A program made the translations under genes and the position numbers. A DNA stretch of 20,000 nt from the IMG/VR virus record IMGVR_UViG_3300027842_000121; one strand, written 5' to 3'. Below the pieces are notes generated by a model that was given only the letters and a program-made list of their open reading frames with translations, had not been told where the DNA came from and did no database searches. Shown piece after piece: positions 15,471-20,000 of this stretch (the first letter of the stretch is position 1; each line of letters opens with the position of its first letter). Origin of the DNA: an uncultured virus (IMG/VR IMGVR_UViG_3300027842_000121). Taxonomy: Duplodnaviria; Heunggongvirae; Uroviricota; Caudoviricetes.

Positions 15471-15947
15471 TCAGTGAAGTTCCTCCCAATACCGAGAGCT
15501 TCTCTGCATGTCAGAAGTTTGCTGGGCCGCTTCCGAAGCTTGGCGCAGCCCGGACAGATAGGCGTTGCCCTCTGCCTCTTCGGCCGCCAAATCGCGCGCC
15601 TCCTGCCGATCCAGCGCCGACTGACAGCCCGGATCAGCCGCGTAATCGCAAGCCTGCGTCGGCGCCGCAAGCAAAACGGCAAAACACAGAACCGCCGCTC
15701 CCAGTAGCGTCTTCGCCGCCGTCGCCGGCGCCCCCGTTCCCTGCGGCGACGATTCGACCGTCCCGGCAAAGCCCGAGGCCGCAGCCCCCGCAACCGCCGC
15801 CCGCTGGGCCGCGGCCGAGGCAGAACCGGCCAGCTGCACGCTCGGCGTCGAGATCGAAGGCGGCGGCGGGGGCGGAGGCGGCGGAGGCGGCGGCGCCGCT
15901 ACGGCCGGCGCCGCACCGCCGCCAAACAGATGCCCAAGAAAGCTCAT
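15471..15947 (-). CDS. Pro-rich pre-portal protein (..KTLLG type) with a C-terminal extension
   Basis: ATG 15947 with GGAG. Poly-Pro followed by G..GT...S.QG.......KTLLG, as I recall for small genes upstream of this portal type. Confidence 0.65.
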   Translation of the reverse strand: MSFLGHLFGGGAAPAVAAPPPPPPPPPPPPSISTPSVQLAGSASAAAQRAAVAGAAASGFAGTVESSPQGTGAPATAAKTLLGAAVLCFAVLLAAPTQACDYAADPGCQSALDRQEARDLAAEEAEGNAYLSGLRQASEAAQQTSDMQRSSRYWEELH

Positions 15948-16040
15948 CACTCGATCTCCGGCCAAACAACATCGATCCAATTATGCGTCATCGGACAATC
16001 CTCAAATCCCCCAGCAGAAACCCCAGCACAAAGGCAGCGA

Positions 16041-16325
16041 TCAAGGCGCACGCCACTGCGATCCAGGAGAGTAATCCAAGGGGGACTTGGCGCAATGCTT
16101 GTCGATCACTCGCGGAAGCTGCGACAAGATCGTCGCTTCTACCATCGCGCGCTGCGCCCGGAGTTCGGTCTGCCCGACCAGCACCGCAATCATCTCGCAC
16201 AATATATCCACAATCATCAGCGGCGGCAGCCCGGCCCCCAGAAGCCGGTTCACCTGCATCTCGATGATCCCCGCCCCGTCGCGTACCGAAAGATTGGTGC
16301 CGTTCGCCCGCAGCAGGCCGCTCAT
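16041..16325 (-). CDS. hypothetical protein
   Basis: GGAGG RBS; helical, protein-like composition. Confidence 0.55.
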   Translation of the reverse strand: MSGLLRANGTNLSVRDGAGIIEMQVNRLLGAGLPPLMIVDILCEMIAVLVGQTELRAQRAMVEATILSQLPRVIDKHCAKSPLDYSPGSQWRAP

Positions 16326-16355
16326 GCCCCCTCCACCCGATCAGCCCCAAAAGAT

Positions 16356-16574
16356 TCAGTTCCGGCTTCCTTGTCCACGGCGCCATGAACGGATACGGCC
16401 TATCTGCCTCTTCCACCACGCCCAGCTCCACCGCCGCATCGACACCTTATATACAGGCGCCACACCCTGCACAGCCACACCACGCGCCGCCAGATCCCGC
16501 GCCCACCCGTGCGCCTCTTTCCACGAGGCCGGCGTGCGCTTCCACTCGGTCAGCACGATAGGCGGCTCGCTCAT
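16356..16574 (-). CDS. hypothetical Trp/Arg-rich protein
   Basis: GGAG RBS before ATG 16574; co-directional with the operon. Confidence 0.45.
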   Translation of the reverse strand: MSEPPIVLTEWKRTPASWKEAHGWARDLAARGVAVQGVAPVYKVSMRRWSWAWWKRQIGRIRSWRRGQGSRN

Positions 16575-16700
16575 ATCGCGCTCCGGTAAAATTCATAGTA
16601 TAAGATAGCCATCCCGCCCCTCGGCGTCAGGGGATCGAGGTCGCGCCTCGGTTGTCGTGTAACGTTCCGGCAAGGAGTTGGGGGTAGCACCCCCTGCCTA

Positions 16701-16946
16701 TCATCCACCAGCCAGCAACCCGTCAATCATCACAATCCAGTCATTACGCGCATACTCGCGCCACTGCCCACCATCAACACCGACAGGAACCTCCAAAGAG
16801 TCCAGCATCTCCTCGGTCGGCACCCGAAGCGTCCCTATCGCGACACGCGCCTGCCCGATCCAAAATTCCGCCTCAGCCTGAGGCTCGCGCACCGTGGCAT
16901 TAGCCCATAGCGCGCGAGCCACCCGCTCAATCACTGCGTTCGCCAT
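16701..16946 (-). CDS. conserved alphaproteobacterial phage hypothetical protein
   Basis: IERVARAL...AR.AI..LR.PTEEM......W..MID..L, a pattern I recall as recurrent in phages; ATG at 16946. Confidence 0.65.
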   Translation of the reverse strand: MANAVIERVARALWANATVREPQAEAEFWIGQARVAIGTLRVPTEEMLDSLEVPVGVDGGQWREYARNDWIVMIDGLLAGG

Positions 16947-17100
16947 CCTTCCGCTCCCAAGGCTCTTTCCACGCCTCGATCGCCGCCTCGGTCGCGGTGA
17001 TGCGGGCAATCAACCCGTCCCGCATCAAGCTTGCCCTCGGCAACAACGCCAGTTGAGCCCGCATGATCGCGATCTGGTTTTCGAGCAGCAGGCGGTTCAC
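16927..17100 (-). CDS. small hypothetical protein
   Basis: GTG 17100 overlaps the upstream TGA; GGAG RBS; helical sequence LLLENQIAIMRAQ. Confidence 0.5.
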   Translation of the reverse strand: MNRLLLENQIAIMRAQLALLPRASLMRDGLIARITATEAAIEAWKEPWERKDGERSD

Positions 17101-17294
17101 GCCGCACTCCTCGGCCCGCCACGCTCCGGCGGAGGGTTGTGCAGCTTCTCCTTGATCTTCAGCACCACCAGCCGCGCCAGGGCCTCGGTCCTCATGTACA
17201 GCCCGGCACGCCGCCTGCCCTCCAGGTCGCGCGTCTCTTCTACCTCCGCGAGACTGCGGTGATCGCGGCTCGGCCAGGGGAGATGGTCGGTCAT
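17097..17294 (-). CDS. small hypothetical protein
   Basis: ATG 17294 overlaps the terL stop; GGAGG RBS. Confidence 0.5.
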   Translation of the reverse strand: MTDHLPWPSRDHRSLAEVEETRDLEGRRRAGLYMRTEALARLVVLKIKEKLHNPPPERGGPRSAA

Positions 17295-18739
17295 CACCTC
17301 CACCCCCCAGACCTCGGCACCGGAGCCCGGTACAACTCCGCATACGGCTCATACTCGATCTGATGCCGCGGCCGCTCCGGGAACCCGTAATCAGCCGAAC
17401 GCGCCGCAACCGGCGCGGCAAACGTCAAACACAACCCATCAGCCTCGTCCGGGCTGAACCCCAACCGCGCCTTCAACTCATCCTTAGGCTCAATCATCAT
17501 CTGATCCCCCTTGAACGTGTACTCGATCGCCGGCAACGTCCGCCGCAACTCCGCCGAGGGCGGCAACGCTCCCCCCTCCTTCACCCACTCCGCCATCTTG
17601 AAATGCATCTCCGCCCGCCGGTTCGCATACCGCGGATCAAGCGCCTTCCCGGCAAAATGTACCCCCACCGGAGACCGCCCCAACTGCCGCATCGCATCGA
17701 TCCACCCAGCCCCATACCCCCCCGTCTCATCCACAAAACACCCGTCAGCCTTCCACTCCTCCCACTGCCGCGCCACCAGCGCCGCCCCCTGCATCGAATC
17801 CAGGCTCCGATACACCTTGGGCTCGAACGCCACCAACCCCTGCCGTGGGAAAATAACCGACTTGTCGTCACCAAACCGCGCAACATCAACCCCCAATATC
17901 CTCGGCGCGTGCCCGTACTGCCCCACATTATAATGCCGCGACATCGCCGCCTCGACATCCTCCGGCCCCAACAGCGCATTGATGCTCGACGGCGGAAACT
18001 GCCCAAAAACATTGACCAACACCCACGGGTCATGCCTCCCGTAAGTCTCGATCATCTGCCGCGCCCACTCGACCGAAATCCGCGACGCCCGCTTCGGATC
18101 GTCCGGGTCCCCCGTAATGTAAAAAACCAGCCAGTTCTTGTCCCGCGTCGCCCGGTACAACGGCCCCGACAAATGCGTCGGGTTCCCCGCCTGCACAATA
18201 TGCCCCTCGATGCAGCTCGCCAGCGTCGCCTCCGCCGCAACCATCACCGCATCCGGTATCCCCCCACTCTCATCCAAAAAAAATGCAATGTAATCCGCAT
18301 GCAGACCAGCCAAAGTCTCCGCCTGCGCCTGCGGATCGGCATCCTTCGGCCAGGTCCGCGCCGACATGAACCATGTCTCCGGCGCCTGCTTGCAAAATAT
18401 CCGGCTCCCCGTCCACTCGAAATACGCCTGCAAAAACTCGCTGCGCTGCTGCCACTTCGACATCTCAGCCCAGAGATTGTCCCGCAGATTCGCCCCCGTA
18501 ATGCTCGTCGCCCCAACCTTCGACTGCGGACGCGTCGCCAGCATGTTCCACGCCAGCCACGCCTCCAACGCCGTCTTCCCAGGCCCCTTCGCCGCACAAA
18601 GCGCTATCCGCGGCGCACCAGGAAACGCCACCAACACCTCGTCCTGCCACGGGTCCGGCTCAACCCCAAAACACTCGCGCACAAATACCCGCGGGTCCAA
18701 CCGCCAGCGCGCAAACGTCTCGACTACACGGTCAGGCAT
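17294..18739 (-). CDS. terL: terminase large subunit
   Basis: Q motif (PDPWQ), Walker A (AKGPGKT), Walker B (FFLDES), coupling motif GNP, and nuclease motifs GVDVARFGDD and SPDEADG. Confidence 0.93.
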   Translation of the reverse strand: MPDRVVETFARWRLDPRVFVRECFGVEPDPWQDEVLVAFPGAPRIALCAAKGPGKTALEAWLAWNMLATRPQSKVGATSITGANLRDNLWAEMSKWQQRSEFLQAYFEWTGSRIFCKQAPETWFMSARTWPKDADPQAQAETLAGLHADYIAFFLDESGGIPDAVMVAAEATLASCIEGHIVQAGNPTHLSGPLYRATRDKNWLVFYITGDPDDPKRASRISVEWARQMIETYGRHDPWVLVNVFGQFPPSSINALLGPEDVEAAMSRHYNVGQYGHAPRILGVDVARFGDDKSVIFPRQGLVAFEPKVYRSLDSMQGAALVARQWEEWKADGCFVDETGGYGAGWIDAMRQLGRSPVGVHFAGKALDPRYANRRAEMHFKMAEWVKEGGALPPSAELRRTLPAIEYTFKGDQMMIEPKDELKARLGFSPDEADGLCLTFAAPVAARSADYGFPERPRHQIEYEPYAELYRAPVPRSGGWR

Positions 18740-18971
18740 CGTCCAATTCAGATGCAGCTACGATCACAACTTCCGATGGCACAATCTCCGCTATCACCTC
18801 GTTAATAATGACGTGACAGTCACCAGCGGTAGCGGCCATAAAATTATGGACCGCCTGCGTCATCGCCTCAGCCCTTGTCGAACATACCAAAAATCCCAGA
18901 AACTGATGCGTTTGGTTGTGCACCCTGCACACACCACGCGCAGACGCTACCCACGCCATCTTCATCGCCAC
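18732..18971 (-). CDS. hypothetical protein between terS and terL
   Basis: GGGAG RBS; the stop overlaps the terL start. Confidence 0.45.
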   Translation of the reverse strand: MAMKMAWVASARGVCRVHNQTHQFLGFLVCSTRAEAMTQAVHNFMAATAGDCHVIINEVIAEIVPSEVVIVAASELDDA

Positions 18972-19016
18972 GTCACTCCCGCATCACCGTCGCTTACCTT
19001 ATACCCCAGAACCGTA

Positions 19017-19049
19017 AAATTTTCCCGGAAATTTTGGGGCTGAAATTTT
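19017..19049. repeat. three AAATTTT tracts (19017, 19029, 19043)
   Basis: Directly visible and conspicuous in a high-GC sequence. Confidence 0.7.
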
Positions 19050-19198
19050 CGGGCGATTCGTGAAGGGGTGTATAGCATTCGCGGGCACCCGGTATGCCCC
19101 CCAAGTCGGTTTGCCGAGGCGCCGTCTCGGCATCGGCCGCCAACAACCAGCGATCACAACCTTAACTTGTGTTCCTATAACGTTCGTTGTGCGATGCA

Positions 19199-19226
19199 AC
19201 TTTCCATAATAAGCCTTATACGACAT
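19199..19226 (-). other. dif-like XerC/XerD recombination site
   Basis: The minus strand reads ATGTCGTATAA-GGCTTA-TTATGGAAAGT: an 11-6-11 architecture with the inner ATAA/TTAT inverted repeat. The TTATGGAA arm resembles rhizobial dif sites as I recall them. Confidence 0.6.
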
Positions 19227-19282
19227 CAGCTGTTGTTGATATAATTAGGATATTTGGTTTGGCGTCAGGTTGTGGGGCGGTT

Positions 19283-19759
19283 TCAGCCGGTTGAATCAAC
19301 ATCTGGTATGTGCTGTATCAATGGCGGATCAGCTTTGCTTACCTCGATCGCCTTGCCGAGCACCGCCTCGAGCGACAGTGTACCGTTCAGCGTGACGTTG
19401 GAATTATCGCGAAACTTTTCCGGTCTGCGACCCTTTAGAGTAAACATCAGCAGGTTGTCGGAGTAGCGGGTAATATGGCCGCAGACATTGCCCTTATAGA
19501 AGACCGGCTCATCTACGCCGCGACGCGCCCTTCGCACCGCTTCATCTTCGAGCGACTCTGTTCCGAGATCATATGCCTTTTCCCATGCCACGCGGAAATC
19601 TTCATCATCTCCCTTCCATTCATATGCAGTCTTCCGTCCAATACCAACCCGATTGCAGGCCTCCGACACCGAGCCGGTGTTCGCAAGCTCAGCCAGAAAC
19701 GCCTCTCGAATTTCCGGGGTGCGAACTGTGTGGATCACGCCACCACGCCTAAAAGCCAT
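19283..19759 (-). CDS. terS: terminase small subunit
   Basis: N-terminal HTH (FL..LA.TG.VS.AC..VGI.R.TAY.W), then LEDEA.RRA..GV..PVFYKG and YSD.LL.F.LK.RRPEKFRD; upstream of terL. Confidence 0.8.
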   Translation of the reverse strand: MAFRRGGVIHTVRTPEIREAFLAELANTGSVSEACNRVGIGRKTAYEWKGDDEDFRVAWEKAYDLGTESLEDEAVRRARRGVDEPVFYKGNVCGHITRYSDNLLMFTLKGRRPEKFRDNSNVTLNGTLSLEAVLGKAIEVSKADPPLIQHIPDVDSTG

Positions 19760-19923
19760 TATCCAACAATCACTTAATGATCGTAACCCAACCCAATCCC
19801 CTCCTCCACGCGCGCGCGTTTGTCAAGTGAAATCTTAGACCGCCGGAAGATGTGCCCGCTAAGCGCTCCACTCTCGCTAAAGATAGGTCAGCACATGCAC
19901 CCAACATTTTTGCGGGAAATGTG

Positions 19924-19952
19924 TTGACAGCCAGCGAACGGCCGACTACATT
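19924..19952 (+). promoter_or_regulatory. sigma70-type promoter facing out of the window
   Basis: TTGACA-N17-TACATT, a near-perfect consensus, divergent from terS. Confidence 0.7.
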
Positions 19953-20000
19953 GCATCTGCAGCCGGGCGATGGGCTCGGCGAAACGGGCAGAGGGTCCGA

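Noticed and set aside
15858..15897. GGC/GGA microsatellite-like repeat
   Set aside because: It encodes the poly-proline tract of 15471..15947 and is not an independent element.
17363..18805. 480-aa plus-strand ORF
   Set aside because: It is the antisense shadow of terL; its Pro/Arg richness reflects the C skew.
18999..19226. 75-aa minus-strand ORF (MSYKAYYGK...)
   Set aside because: No RBS is evident and it overlaps the dif-like site and A-tracts; the region is better explained as non-coding signals.
19795..19826. Minus-strand TTGACA upstream of terS as a sigma70 promoter
   Set aside because: There is no convincing -10 hexamer at 16-18 bp spacing.
1..20000. CRISPR array, tRNA/rRNA genes, transposase or integrase
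   Set aside because: I could not recognise any regularly spaced repeats, cloverleaf or recombinase/transposase motifs by eye.

Overview
This window is the packaging and head module of a podovirus-type tailed phage or prophage (BPP-1/epsilon15-like), encoded almost entirely on the minus strand. A GapR/DUF2312 gene and a Rhizobiales-style dif-like site suggest an alphaproteobacterial host. Reading right to left: small terminase; a dif-like/A-tract spacer; large terminase; small hypothetical genes including a GapR-Rmf-like fusion; portal; a split tailspike-like pair; a patchwork of truncated foreign genes (DUF1828 neighbourhood, TROVE, HTH); Bbp19-like protein; scaffold; major capsid; Bbp16-like cement; secreted small proteins; an O-antigen-ligase-family membrane protein; five small proteins; and an epsilon15 gp10-like staple protein. 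The most striking signal is in those five small proteins: a ChaB-like protein, a HiPIP-like Fe-S protein, an encapsulated-ferritin-like protein, a basic protein and a His-rich repeat protein. Each carries a terminal peptide (S-R-x-x-[KR]-R-Y-G-like) matching the scaffold C-terminus (SRIERRY). This suggests an encapsulin-like cargo-loading system in a DNA-packaging phage capsid. All family assignments come from motif recognition by eye and recalled family consensus, not database searches.
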